Shown piece by piece: positions 1-14,200 of a stretch of 64,000 nucleotides of DNA. Positions within the stretch are counted from its first letter, which is position 1. Each line of letters begins with the position of its first letter. Position numbers and translations under genes: made by a program. The notes beneath the pieces were generated by a model. That model was not told where the DNA came from. It saw nothing but the letters and a program-made list of their open reading frames with translations, and did not search any database. The stretch lies in assembly GCF_009914755.1 (NCBI RefSeq), contig NC_060934.1; one strand, given 5' to 3'. This DNA comes from the human T2T-CHM13v2.0 reference genome, Homo sapiens.

Positions 1-411
1 CTTGTTCATTCGTATAGAAGCCTGGCATCTTACTCCACATAGGCTTGGCACACATGTGTATGGAACTCAATTGATTCTGCCCAAACTGGAATTGGAGTAA
101 ACTGAATTGAACTAAATGTACCTGCACCAAAGTAGGTAATAAAATAGGCCTACTGACTAATTTATTACAAAGCGAAAAGCGGAAATAAAATAGGAAGGAA
201 CTGGAATTCGTGAGAGGGAAAATAGCACCTTTCTATCTCATATTCCCAACATCCTCCCCAAAATCACCAGCACAATAATAGCAAATATTATCAGCTAATT
301 TATACCTATAACAAGACATTGAGTGGCACTTGTCTTCTTGTCCTAGTTTTGGTATCTGGGGCCTATAGCTAAAAAGCAAAGAGAACATCCACACACGGTA
401 AGATTTGGGGC

Positions 412-475
412 CAAAAATTGTACCACAAGGAAGAGATGGTACAAAAATCGTACCACAAGGAAGAGATGGTACAAA
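412..475. repeat. 30-bp tandem duplication (2.1 copies)
   Basis: caaaaattgtaccacaaggaagagatggta at 412-441 repeated at 442-471 with one mismatch. Confidence 0.95.
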
Positions 476-1199
476 GGTAACCACCCCTTTCATCCTCCGT
501 TCTCAGTCTATATCAATGACTATCAAACCCATTGGACTGCAGATCTTCATTTAGTGACAAATATCATGCAATGCCAATTTGCAAATTAAAATGGATAGAC
601 AATAAAACTTTCTATTAAAAATTATATAGGTATATAATTTTCTCCCAAAGCCAATATAATCCCTAACTTTTTAGAAATAATATAAATAAAGGAGAGGTAA
701 GTTATTAAAATAATATGTGTTTCCTGGGGCACCACAACTCTAGGAGACATAACAAAGTAGTCAGTGGTTTGGGCCTGTTTGTAATGAGTAAGTTTGCATT
801 GAAAAGAAAATAGGCCAATATAAAGTTGAATATCATCAACACTTTGTCTTTATACATATTGAAACAAGGGGTAAATAAGTAAATTTGTTTTTATACATAG
901 ACTTTTTGCCAACTGAACAGATAAAATGCAGACTGATATTTTGGCAACTAAACAGCACAACTGGCTTTGCCATCAGTGATGTGATTGTTCGAATGCTGAA
1001 CAGTCTTTGGCAAGTTTCCAAAAGGAACAAGTACTGTATAATCTTCCCTTGATTTACATGTTAGGTATGTTTCTGGAAAATCCAATGTATATCAAAGCTA
1101 TACAAAAATACCCTGTGTTTTTTGCATAAAATAGAATTGAGTTCTAGGCCTATGTCATTATAAAATGTCTGGGAGGACACCAGAAAGATGTGTAGATGT

Positions 1200-1368
1200 G
1201 AGATGGTTCTTCTCCATGTGGAATTGTCTTGTGCATTGCAGGATGTCTGGAATCCCTGGCCCATTAAGTATCAGAAGATCCCCCAATCGCCGTGACAACC
1301 AATAACAGCTCCACATATTTCCAAAATGTCCCTAGGAGATTGTGTGACCCTCGCTAAGGACCACTGCT
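1200..1368. mobile_element. MER20-like hAT-Charlie DNA transposon fragment
   Basis: tgtgcattgcaggatg...gtgacaacca...aaatgtccc...gaccactg resembles MER20 consensus and terminus. Confidence 0.7.
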
Positions 1369-2003
1369 CACTATAAAAAGACAGGGAGAAGAAGGGGAGT
1401 CTAAGAGATGGTCATCCTTCCCGTGGTTGGATATCCACAGCAGACTTGCTCTTCTGCATCAGCGTCAGAGACTTGGAGAGATGTGGAGGTGGGGAGAGGT
1501 GGTGCAGCAGCTGCATACCTACCACTGGGCGTGACAATGAGCATGTGTTTCCCACGGGACCACTGGACACAGGGCATCACAAGGAGCTGGCTTGAGCCAT
1601 CTTGCTATTATCCCACCCAGGAGGGTTGTCTCTTGGTGAAGATGCACTACAACAAGAGGATGTTGCACACAGGGCCCCTGTGGAGCAGAGGTGGGCGGGG
1701 AGCAGGGGAGCAAATGAGGTGGGGCTGGAGTTGGATCTTCTGGTCAGGGAATTAGGCAGCAAGGGAGGGGAAGGGGCCTTTAAGGGTCTCCAAAGAACTG
1801 CTGCATGAACTCCGTCACACTGGGGACATGGACGTTGGCTAGAGTGTGCTGGCTCCTCAGCAGCCATTAAAAACAAGTTGATTCTTTCTCCCTCCCTCTT
1901 CCCTACCCTGACCCAGTGAAGGAGTGGGAGCCCTGAGGAATGGAGAGGCTTTGAAAACATAGGAGATTGAAGTTTTGTACCAGACCTTTCTCTCTCTCTC
2001 TCC

Positions 2004-2308
2004 TTTTTTTTTTTTTTGAAACAGGGTCTCACTCTGTCACCCAGGAAGTGCAGTGGCACAATCACAGCTCACTATAGCCACAACCTCCCAGGCTCAAGCA
2101 ATCCTTCCACCTTAACCTCCTGAGTAGCTGGGACTACATGAGATCCACGTGCCACCATGCCTGGCTAATTTTGTTTTGTTTTTTTTGGTAGAGACAAGAT
2201 CTTCCTATATTGCCCAGGCTGATCTCAAACTCCTGGGCTCAAGTAATCCTCCTACCTCAGCCTCCCAAAGTGCTGGGATTATAAAAGCATGAGCCACTTT
2301 GCCCAGCC
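2004..2308 (-). mobile_element. AluJ-type SINE
   Basis: Poly-T followed by reverse-complement Alu dimer with J diagnostics (ggctcaagc..tcct). Confidence 0.93.
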
Positions 2309-2939
2309 CAGACTACATTTTAACTGTTGAAAATGAAGCAAACGTTATGAAAGACTTTGTTAATTATACCTAAGATGTTGTTAAAGCATAAAGAATGATT
2401 TGATGGAGTATAACTGGGACTTGGGAGCAGCTAGTGAAAGAAATTGAAATGTTTCATGTCTTTCCCCCAACAAGTTGAGATTCCTCCATAACCCAGTTAC
2501 ATACTTGACTTTGTCCCACAATGGATTTAAAACAGCTAATAAGAAGCCATTTAACAAAACAGAGAATGAAAACTAGACCCAGAGGAAATATAAACTGCAT
2601 AGAATAACAACCAAGCAAAAGGAAACGTTAGGTCAAAAATCCACAGGACTTTCAGTCCTGCTATGCCATTATGGTTAGGCCACCAATTTTGGCTCCCTCG
2701 AAGCCAAAACAGAAAGGAGAACACGATCCTTTGGCTGGTAAAAGGGATACAATATGTTAACAACTTCCAGAATAAAAATGGTCTGGGATGTACACAAAGT
2801 GGTCAAAGAATGAACACCAATGACTACCACTGTCCAATGCTCTTCCCCTGATTGCTTTAATGATTTAGGTAGGCCTTCCAGTTAATCACATGCTTTAGAT
2901 TAATAATATGTGCTGAGTATAGTGCTAGTATCTCTGTTG

Positions 2940-3075
2940 TCACTCCTATTTTATAGATGAGGACCCTGAGGCTCACAGAGATAAATAACTAGACAATATT
3001 GTCCCAGCTAACAAGTGGAAGAACCAGAATTCGAAGTCAGGTCTGCTAGTTTCTACATCAAGCTCTTCATTAAAC
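2940..3075 (-). mobile_element. MIR SINE fragment
   Basis: attttatagatgaggaccctgaggctcacagag matches reverse MIR core. Confidence 0.75.
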
Positions 3076-3564
3076 CCAGCTCTATAATGTTATGAGAAGT
3101 GAGAAAATACTGACAGTGCCGGCTTAGCTGGAGCCCTTGAGGATTGCAGCACTCTGGTAAACTGAGGAGTGAACCCACTTGTGCCATCTCACAGTTTGGA
3201 AAAGGCAACACTATGATGACAGTGGGTAACACTGGCCTGGCACATAAACACAAAATGTTTGAGAACCCCACCTGGTGAGGGGCATTCTTCATCATAGCTG
3301 CTTTTTCATGCCGTGAAATGAGAGTCCACACACCTCTCATCATATCCATGGCAGAAATTTGAAGATTGTATTTTGTTTGTTTGTTTTATCAAAGAAAGCA
3401 CAAGATTGCTTTTATTTTTAAAAATTTTTTTAAGGATACTCATCATTGAGCTTTTACAGTGAAGTTTTGGTTTCACAACTTAATGCAAGATCTGATTTAC
3501 CTGATTCTGTGGCCCAATCGGCTTTAAGTTCTGAGATGCTTTTATTCAGTATTAGGGAGGCTGC

Positions 3565-3690
3565 AGAAGTGTAGTAGGAAGCAGACTGAGTTTGGAATCT
3601 GAAGACCTGGGTGCAAGCTTTGTCACTTAAATTGATTATGTTGAGTGACCTTGATCTTCAATTTTCTCATCTACAAAATTGAGACAACAA
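3565..3690 (+). mobile_element. MIR SINE fragment
   Basis: gaagacctgggt...gtgaccttg...ttttctcatctacaaaat MIR core. Confidence 0.6.
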
Positions 3691-3739
3691 ATCCCAGTAT
3701 CAGAACAAAGATGAAAATAGATATGTTAAAAAATCTTTA

Positions 3740-4081
<342 letters not shown>

Positions 4082-4243
4082 TTAAAATATATAGTATTAC
4101 TTTTCTGAATTGAATTAAAAAGGCAAGAAGCTGGTTGAAAGAGCATTAGGTTAAGGTTAACAAGATCACAGTATTTACCTAGCCTGGGTCACAGTAAATC
4201 ACCTACCACTCTGTCTAACTTCCTGGCTTTAGATAAATCACAA

Positions 4244-4537
<294 letters not shown>

Positions 4538-4624
4538 GTAAATCTTTTAAACACCGTTTTTTTTTTCAGCTATTAAATAAAGTTAGATTGGTGTTACCGA
4601 AAGCCTCCTCTTCCCCCCACCCCC

Positions 4625-5778
4625 TTTTTTTTTAATTCAACTTTTATTTTAAATTCCAGGTTACATGTGCAGGATAAATCGGTTTGTTACATAGCTAAAT
4701 GTGTGCCTTGGTGGTTTGCTGCACTGATCACCCCATCACTTAGACATTAAGCCCAACATCCATTAGCTATTCTTCCTGATGCTCTCTCTCCCACCACCTC
4801 TGACAGGCCCCAGTGTGTGGTGTTCCCCTCCTTGTGTGCATGTGTTCTCATCGTTCAGCTCCCACTTATAAGTGAGAACATGTGGTGTTTGGTTTTCTTT
4901 TCCTGTGTTAGTTTGCTGAGAATAATGGCCTCCAGCTTTATCCATGTCCGTGCAAAGGACATGATCTCATTCCTTTTTATGGCTGCTTAGTATTCCATGA
5001 TTTATGAGTACCACATTTTCTTTATCCAGTCTATTATTGATGGGCATTTGGGCTGATTCTGTGTCTTTGCTCTTATGAATAGTACTGCAATGAACATATG
5101 TGTGCATGTATCTTTATAATAGAATGGTTTATATTCCTTTGAGTATATACCCAGTAATGGGATGGCTGAGTCAAATGGTATTTCTGCTTATAGATCTTTA
5201 AGGAATCGCCACACTGTCTTCCACAATGGTTGAACTAATTTACATTCCCACCAAACAGTGTAAAAGCGTTCCTTTTCCTCTGCAGCCTCATCAGCATCTG
5301 TTGTTTCTTGACCTTTTAATAATAGCCATTCTGATTGGCATGAGATGGTATCTCATTGTGGTTTTGATTTGCATTTCTCTAATGATCAGTGATGTTGAGC
5401 TTTCTTTCCTATTTTTTGGCTGCATGCATGTCTTCTTTTGATATGTGTCTGTTCATGTCCTTTGCCCACTTTTTAATGGAGTTTTTTCTGGTAAATTTGC
5501 TTAAGCTCTTTGTAGACTCTGGATATTAGACTTTTGTTAGATGGATAGATTACAAAATTTTTCTTCCATTCTGTATGTTGTCTGTTCACTCTGATGATAC
5601 TTTATTTTGCTGTGCAGAAGTTCTTTAGTTTAATTAGATCCCATTTGTCAATTTTTGCTTGCGTTGCAATTGCTTCTGACATTTTCATCATGAAATCTTT
5701 GCCCATGCCTATGTCCTGAATGGTATTGCCTAGATTTTCTTCTAGGGTTTTTACAGTTTTGGATATTACATTTAAGTT
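4625..5778 (-). mobile_element. 5'-truncated L1PA (about L1PA8-L1PA10) 3' end
   Basis: L1 3'UTR and ORF2 C-terminal remnant ([17 protein letters not shown] in ORF 5602-5832). Confidence 0.9.
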
Positions 5779-6296
5779 CAACAGCCCCTTTTTAATCCCT
5801 AAACATTTTGGTCTTTGACTGTCAGCTTCCACTTATGTTTTCATGTTTGTGTAAGAATGTCAATTAAAATCAAGAATATTATGGTCTGAATTTCTATTTT
5901 GGAAAAGTATGAAATGTGAAGATTCTTAATATTTGTAACTAACACGTGTAAAATCTCTCAAATTGACTTTTGGAATAGTTTTATGTGTTAACAGATTTGA
6001 ATAGTGGCATCTGGGCGATAAACTTCAAATTGTCAATGTGGTAAAACCTTTAGTTGATTTCCAGTTAGAGTTTCAGCTCTTGAAAAATTGCGTTTTTGCT
6101 TATGTTTACAATATAATTTTCTAAGGTCACCGTAACAAAGTACCACAAACAGGGTATTTACACAATAGAAATTTGTTTTCTTACAGCCGGGAGGCTAGAA
6201 GTCTAAGATCAAGACATTAGCAGGATTGGTTCTTTTTGAGGGCAGTAAGGAAGAATCGTTCTATGCCTTTCTCCTAGTTCCTGGTAGTTTCCTAGC

Positions 6297-7029
6297 TGTT
6301 ATGGATCTCTACAAAATTCATTTTTTGAAGTTCTAACCCTCAGAACCTCAGAAGAAGACTTCATTTGGAAAGAAGATCTTTACAGAATTAATCAAGTTAA
6401 AATGAGGTCATTACGGTGAACTCTAATCCAGTATGAATTGTGTCCTTATAAGAAAAATAAATCTGGATACAGACTCATACAGAGGAATGATGATGTAAAG
6501 ACACAAGAAGAAAACAAGCCATCCACAAAACAAATAGAGAGACCTGAAACAGATCTTTCTCCTACAGCCCTCAGAAGGAACAAGCCCCACTGACACCTTG
6601 ATCTCAGACATCTAGCTTCCAGAGCTGTGAGAAAGTAAATTTCTGTTATTTAAGTACCCAGGCTGTGGCATAGTCAGCCCTCCATATCTGGGGGCTTAAC
6701 CAACCACAGATCAAAAATATTCAGACAAAAAGTGATGGTTGTGTCTGTACTGAACATGTATAGACTTTTTTTGGTCATTATTCCCTAAACGATATAGTGT
6801 AACTACTATTTACATGGCATTTACATTGTACTAGGTATGATAAATAATCTAGAGATGATTTAAAGTATACAGGAGGATATATGTAAATTATATGCAAACA
6901 CTGAACCATTTCTATAACAGACTTGTGCATCCACGAATTTTGGTATCTGAGGAAGGTCCTAGAACAAATCCCCTCAGAATACCGAGGGACAGCTATACTT
7001 TGTTACAGCAGTCCTAGCAAACTAAGAAT
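6297..7029 (+). mobile_element. MLT1B-like MaLR LTR (interrupted by MER2)
   Basis: Starts tgttatgg, ends ctttgttacagcagtcctagcaaactaaga; flanked by ctagc/ctggc 5-bp TSD-like words. Confidence 0.8.
6671..6995. mobile_element. MER2 (TcMar-Tigger) DNA transposon
   Basis: Terminal inverted repeats tagtcagccctccatatc / taccgagggacagcta; internal tacattgtactaggtatgataaataatctagagatgatttaaagtatac. Confidence 0.85.
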
Positions 7030-7304
7030 CTGGCAATCTTTGGCATTCCTCGGCTTGCAGATGCATCACCCCGAACTCTACCTTTGGGGTCACATGGTGT
7101 TCTCCCTGTGTGCATGTCTGTTTCCAAATTTCCCCTTTGGATAAGGACACTAGTCATATTGGATTAGGGCCCACCACAGTCTAGTGTGACTTCTTCTTAA
7201 CTAATCACATCTGTCACAACTCTGTTTTCAAAAACAGAGGTACTGAAGCTGAGGACTTCAAAAATGAGGGGGAGATGCCATTAAACCCATGAAAATTACT
7301 CACT

Positions 7305-8108
7305 GTGGTAAACTGAAAAACTCAGCCACAGTATTTCACAGCTCATCTCATCATGAGGTAGAGTCAGTTCCCTCATCCCTTGAGTCTGGGCAGGACTAGT
7401 GACTTACTCTGACTGAAATGGAGCAGTGGGGATACTGAGTGAGGTCTGGAGCCAGCCTCAGAAGTCTTGCAGACTCTCCCTTCCACCTCTTGGAATGCTG
7501 CCCTGAAAGTGCCATGAACAAGGCCAATTCAGACTTCTGGAGGATGAAAGGCCTTGTGGAGGAGAACCAGGGTGCCCCAGCCAGCTGCAACTGCCATGCC
7601 TGCGAGCGAGACTACCGTGGACCTTCTAAACTAGCGGCCAGATTTGGCCCACTGCCTAATTTTGTATGGCCTGCAAAAATAAGAAAGTTTTTTATAATTT
7701 TAATGGTTAGAAAAATTAAAAGAAGAAGAATGTTTGTGATATGTGAAAATCACATAAAATTCAAATTTTAGAGTCCACAAATAAAGCTTTATGGGAACAC
7801 AATCACACTCTATTGTTTACATATTGCCTGTGGTTGCTTTTGTGCTGTAACGGCAGATTGAATATTTGTGACAGAGACCAAATGGCCATCAAAACATAAA
7901 ATATGTATTATCTAGCCCTTTACACAAGAAGTTTTTCTACCCCTATCCTAAGCACAACCAGTTCTCTGCTGATTACAACTGCATGAGTGAGGTCCAAGGG
8001 CAACAAGCAGAGGAACTTTCCAGCCACTCCACAGATCACAAGAAGAGTAAGTCCTTATTTTACATGACCAAGTTTAAGGATGGTGTGTTATGCAGCAATA
8101 GATAACCA
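7305..8108 (+). mobile_element. Old MLT1 (F/G/H-type) MaLR LTR interrupted by MER58
   Basis: Starts tgtggta, ends tgttatgcagcaatagataac. Confidence 0.65.
7628..7945. mobile_element. MER58B-like hAT-Charlie element
   Basis: ggccagatttggcccactgcc...aataaagctttatgggaacac...gccctttacacaagaagttt. Confidence 0.8.
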
Positions 8109-8146
8109 CTTTTAGGTAATAGTTACCTGATTTCTAGTCATGTGAA

Positions 8147-8438
8147 TTTTTTTTTTCAGACAGGATTTTTCTTTGTTGCCCAGGCTGGAGAGAAGTGGCA
8201 CAATCTCAGCTTGCTGCAGCCTCCGCATCCTGGGCTCAAGTGATCCTCCCACCTCAGCCTCCTGAGTAGCTGGGACTACAGGTGCACCCCACCTTGCTTG
8301 GCTAATTTTTAAATTTCTTGTAGAGACAAGGTCTCATTATATTACCCAGACTGGTCTCAAACTCCTGGGCTCAAGTGATCCTCTCACCTTGGCCTCCCAA
8401 AGTGCTGGGATTGCAGAGGTGGGCCACTGCACCCAGCC
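8147..8438 (-). mobile_element. AluJ-type SINE
   Basis: Reverse-complement Alu dimer. Confidence 0.93.
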
Positions 8439-9559
8439 TAAAAAGTAATTTTTAATATGCAGACAAAACAAAACATGTCTGTTTTCGGGAAAGAAAAAAA
8501 AATTAAGACATTGAGAATTTAAGAGTCAAACTTCTCAAACCTTTTTTCATATCCATAGCATTTTTTTCAGGTATTTCTTTTTGACTAACACTTTAAAGAG
8601 AAAATGACTAGTAGAACTAAAGCTCTCCACTAAATTTTGTTAAATGCCCTCAGTTTATATTGGATTTTATACTAAATTCTGATTTTCAGAATTTCATGCT
8701 ATTTGACTAGTAGCTTAAGATTTTGACCAGGTCTACTGAAAAGAGCTTTCAAAAGCTCACTCTTTCCTTTGCCTACTGGTAAAAGAAGTGAGCTGCTCTG
8801 AAATGAGCCTGGGAAGAAATAGATTGTCAGTTTGTTTTCTGAGTATGTCTATGGTTAACTGACTTCCTGTGCAGGAGACACAGCCATAGTCTAACCACAG
8901 AGACATGCAGTTTCCAGCTCTAACAATGAGAGCTAGGACCCATGAGGTCTGGGAAAACCTGGGCCTGAATGTTCCCACTTCATTTGGAGCTCCTGCCTCA
9001 ACAACAGCAGCCAAGTTCCCAGGGGGTGCCAGGGAAATGACTGAATGAAGAGTTAAAAGACCCAAGTCTCATCTCCTGCCACCTTAGGTATCTTCTCTAC
9101 AAGTGAGGAGTATAGTAATACCTAACATGTCCTTCATTCAGATGTTGAATGTTAACAATGTGTCCAGTATTGTTCTAGGGACAGAACAGTAAGCAAAACT
9201 AAGCCTTTTCTCTTGCAGAACTCCTCACGGAAGAGAAAAAATTCTATAGTGAGAGAAGCTAAACAATACACATATAAACAAGCAAATACTGCATGGCGGT
9301 AAGCGCCATGAAGGAAAACAAAACAAGGTAAGAAGTGGCTCTGTGTTACACAAGGTGATGAGGTAACAGCTCAACACAGGCCTGAAGGAAGAGGGATCCA
9401 TGTACATATCTGCAGAAAATGCCTTCCAGCCAGAGGGAACTGCTTATGAAAAGTCCCTGAGGCAAAAGCATGCTTAGCATATTTGAGGAATAGTGGAGAG
9501 TCAATGTGGCTGCAGTGAAGAGAGAGAAGAAAAGTAGTGAGGGCCAGATCCTGTTGGAA

Positions 9560-9858
9560 TTTTTATTTATTGGTTTATTTTTAGAAACAGGGTCTCGTTC
9601 TCTTCCCCAGACCGGAGTGCAATGGCACAACCTTTCCTCACTGCAGCCTTGATCTCCTGGGCTCAAGCGATTCCCCCACCTCAGCCTCCCGAGTAGCTGG
9701 GATTTCAGATGTGCACCACCATGCCCAGGTAACTTTTGTATTTTTTGTAGAAACAGTCTTACTATGTTGCCCAGGCTGGCTTCAAGCTCCTGGGTTCAAG
9801 GGATAGTCTCTTCTTGTCTCCCAAAGTGCAGGGATTATGGGCATGATCCAGCCTGACC
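9560..9858 (-). mobile_element. AluJ-type SINE
   Basis: Reverse-complement Alu dimer. Confidence 0.9.
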
Positions 9859-9870
9859 CTCATGTAGGAC

Positions 9871-10214
<344 letters not shown>

Positions 10215-11207
10215 TGAGATGAGAGATCCTGGAGAGCTTGAATAGAGGAGTGACAATTTTTTATTTAAGTGACACATTTATTTAGGTTTAAAAAGGATCT
10301 TTTGGCTGCTATGTTGAGAACAGATGGCAAAGCAGCTAGGGTGGAATCACAGAGACCACTAGAAGGCTAAAACAATAACACAGGTCAGGATTATTGCGGC
10401 TTGGTAAAGCGGAAGTGTAAAAGGTGAACACAGAATGGGTATGTTTTGGAGGTAACACCAACCAAGATTTTCTGATGGAAAAGTGGTGGGATATGAGAAA
10501 ATGAGAAGAGTCAAGAATGAACCAACATTTTTCACTGAGCAACTGGGGAGATGAAGCTGCCATGCACTGAATTGGGGAAGGTTTTGGGAGAGACATGTTT
10601 TGGAAGAGAAGGAATCAGGGTTTGTTTTTGGACATGTTGAGCCTGCGATGTCTATTAGATCTCCAGGAAGGCATGTTGAGGAAGTAGTATAATTATAGGA
10701 GCTTGAAATTTAGGGGAACAGTGCATGCTTGAGAGACGCTTGAGAATTATCAATATGGAGATGTTATATAGAGATAAAATTTGCTGCTTTATTGGGCTGG
10801 TTACCACTTTGGGCAACTGGTCCCCGGTCTTGCTGGGTAAACTCTGAGGAGCTAGGTAGAAAGTGTGTCAGAACTGTCTGAGTGAGACATGGTACAAAGG
10901 ACTAGCCATGAGCTTTTGTTCCCCTTGGTCAAGGATTGTTCATTGGGGTATTAATTCTCTCAAACCTCCAGATTTCTTTTCTTTTCTTTTTCCTTTTCTT
11001 TTCATTATACTTTAAGTTCTGGGATACATGTGCAGAACATGCAGGTTTGTTACATAGGCATACACATGCCGTGGTGGTTTGCTGCACCCATCAACCTGTC
11101 ATCTACATTAGGTATTTGTCCTAATGCTATCCCTCCCCTAGCCCCCAACCCCCTGACTGGCCCCAGTGTGTGATGTTCTCCTCCCTGTGTCCATGTGTTC
11201 TCATTGT

Positions 11208-14200
11208 TCAACTCCCACTTATGAGTGAGAACATGTGGTGTTTGGTTTTCTGTTCCTGTGTTAGTATGCTGAGAATGATGGTTTCCAGCTTCATCCATGT
11301 CCCTCAAAGGACATGAATTCATCCATTTTTACAGATGCATAGTATTCCATGGTGTATATGTGCCACATTTTCTTTATCCAGTCTATCACTGATGGGCATT
11401 TGAGTTGGTTCCACGTCTTTGCTATTGTGAATAATGCTGCAATAAACATACATGTGCACGTGTCTTTATAGTAGAATGATTTATAATCCTTTGGGTATAT
11501 ACCCAGTAATAGGATTGCTGGGTCAAATGGTATTTCTGGTTCTAGATCCTTGAGGAATAGCCACACTGTTTTCCACAATAGTTGAACTAATTTACACTCC
11601 TACCAACAGTGTAAAAGCATTCCTAACTCTCCACATCATCTCCAGCATCTGTTGTTTCCTGACTTTTTAATGATTGCCATTCTAACTGGTGTGAGATGGT
11701 ATCTTATTGTGGCTTTGATTTGCATTTCTCTAATGACCAGTGATGATAAGCTTTTATTCATATGTTTGTTGGCTGCATAAATGTCTTCTTTTGAGAAGTG
11801 CCTGTTCATATCCTTCGCCCACTTTTTGATGAGGTTGTTTGTTTTCTTCTTGTAGATTTGTTTAAGTTCCTTGTAGATTCTGGATATTAGCCTTTTGTCA
11901 GATGGGGATACATTGCAAAAATTTTCTTCCATTCTGTAGGTTGCCTGTTCAGTCTAATGATAGTTTCTTCTGCTGTGCAGAAGCTCTTTAGTTTAATTAG
12001 ATCCCATTTATCAATTTTGGCTTTTGTTGCCATTGCTCTTGGCATTTTAGTCATGAAGTCTTTTTCCATGCCTATGTCCTGAATGGTATTGCCTAGGTTT
12101 TCTTCTAGGGTTTTTTATGGTTTTAGGTGTTATGTTTAAGTCTTTAATCCATCTCAAGTTAATTTTTGTATAAGGTGTAAGAAAGGAGTCCAGTTTCAGT
12201 TTTCTGCCTATGGCTAGCCAGTTTTCCCAACACCATTTATTAAATAGGGAATGCTTTCCCCATTGCTAGTTTTTGTCAGGTTTGTCAAAGATCAGATGGT
12301 AGTAGATGTGTGGCATTATTTCTGAGGCCTGTGTTCTATTCCATTGGTCTATATATCTGTTTTAGTACCAGTACCATGCTGTTTTGGTTACTGTAGCCTT
12401 GTAGTAGAGTTTAAAGTCAGGTAGCATGATGTCTACAGCTTTGTTCTTTTTGCTTAGGATTGTCTTGGCTATACAGGCTCTTTTTTGGTTCCATATGAAA
12501 TTTAAAGTAGTTTATTCCAATTCTGTGAAGAAAGTCAATGATAGCTTAATGGGGATAGCATTGAATCTATAAATTACTTTGGGAAGTATGGCCATTTTTA
12601 CAATGTTGATTCTTCCTATCCATGAACATGGAATATTTTTCCATTTATTTGTGTCCTCTCTTATTTCCTTGAGCAGTGGTTTGTAGTTCTCCTTGAAGAC
12701 GTTCTTCACATCCCCTATAAGTTGTACTCTTAGGTATTTTATTCTCTTGTAGCAATTGTGAATGGGAGTTTACTCATAATTTGACTCTCTGTCTATTATT
12801 GGTGTATAGGAATGCATGTGATTTTTGCACATTGATTTTATATCCTAAGACTTTGCTGAAGTTGCTTATCAGTTTAAGAAGATTTTGGGCTGAGATGACA
12901 GGGTTTTCTAAATATACAATCATGTCATCTGCAAACAGAGACAATTTGACTTCCTCTCTTCCTATTGGAATACACTTCATTTCTTTCTCTTGCCTAATTG
13001 CCCTGGCCAGAACTTCCAACATTGTGTTGAATAGGAGTGGTGAGAGAGGGTATCCCTGTCTTGTGCTGGTTTTCAAAGGGAATGCTTCCAGCTTTTGCCC
13101 ATTAAGTATGATATTGCCTGTGGGTTTGTCATAAATAGCTCTTACTATTTTGAGGTACGTTCCATCAAAACTTAGTTTATTGAGAGTTGTTAGCATGAAG
13201 GGGTGATGAATTTTATCGAAGGCCTTTTCTGCATCTATTGAAATAATCATGTGGTTTTTGTCATTGGTTCTGTTTATGTGATGGATTATGTTTATTGATA
13301 TGCATATGTTGAACCAGCCTTGCATCCTAGGAATGAAGCCAACTTGATTGTGGTGGATAAGCTTTTTGATTTGCTGCTGGATTCAGTTTGCCAGTATTTT
13401 ATGGAGGATTTTTGCATCAATGTTCATCAGGGATATTGGCCTGAAATGTTCTTTTTTGTGTGTGTCTCTGCCAGGTTTTGGTATCATGATGCTGGCCTCA
13501 TAAAATGAATTAGGGAGGAGCCCTTCTTTTTCTATCATTTGGAATAGTTTCAGAAGGAATGATACCGGCTCCTCTTTGTACTGCTGGTAGAAGTCGGGTG
13601 TGAGTCCCTCTGGTCCTGGGCTTTTTTTGGTTGGTAGGCTATTAATTACTGCCTCAATTTCAGAACTTGTTATTGGTCTATTCAGGGATTCCACTTCTTC
13701 CTGGTTTAGTCTTAGGAGGGTGTATGTATCTAGAAATTTATCCATTTCTTCTAGATTTTCTAGCTTATTTGCATAGAGGCATTTATAATATTCTCTGATG
13801 GTAATTTGTATTTCTGTTGGATCAGTAGTAATACCCTCTTTATCATTTTTTATTGTGTCTATTTGATTCTTCTCTTTTTTCTTATTAGTCTGGCTAGTGG
13901 TCTATTTTGTTAATCTTTTCAAAAAACCAGCTCCTGGATTCATTGAATTTTTGAAGTGTTTTTTGTGTCTCTGTTTCCTTCAGTTCTGCTCTGATCTTAG
14001 TTATTTCTTGTTTCCTGCTAGCTTTTGAATTTATTTGCTCTTGCTTATCTAGTTCTTTTAATTGTGATGTTAGAGTGTCAATTTTAGATCTTTCCCACTT
14101 TCTCCTGTGGGCATTTAGTGCTACAAATTTCCCTCTAAACACTGCTTTAGCTGTGTCCCAGAGATTCTGGTACGTTGTGTCTTTGTTCTCATTGGTTTCA

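Larger units (their letters stand above)
6110..7293 (-). mobile_element. MLT1C-like MaLR LTR, interrupted by MLT1B-like LTR and MER2
   Basis: gtaacaaagtaccacaaac...ctagaagtctaagatcaag (6110-6296) resumes at ctggcaatctttggcattcc (7030-7293). Confidence 0.75.

Noticed and set aside
675-702. Perfect donor GAG|GTAAGT at 696/697
   Set aside because: Isolated motif in very AT-rich sequence with no convincing exon; expected by chance.
1408-1870. GC-richer block as a processed pseudogene
   Set aside because: No recognisable protein in any frame, and no poly(A) tail or TSD seen.
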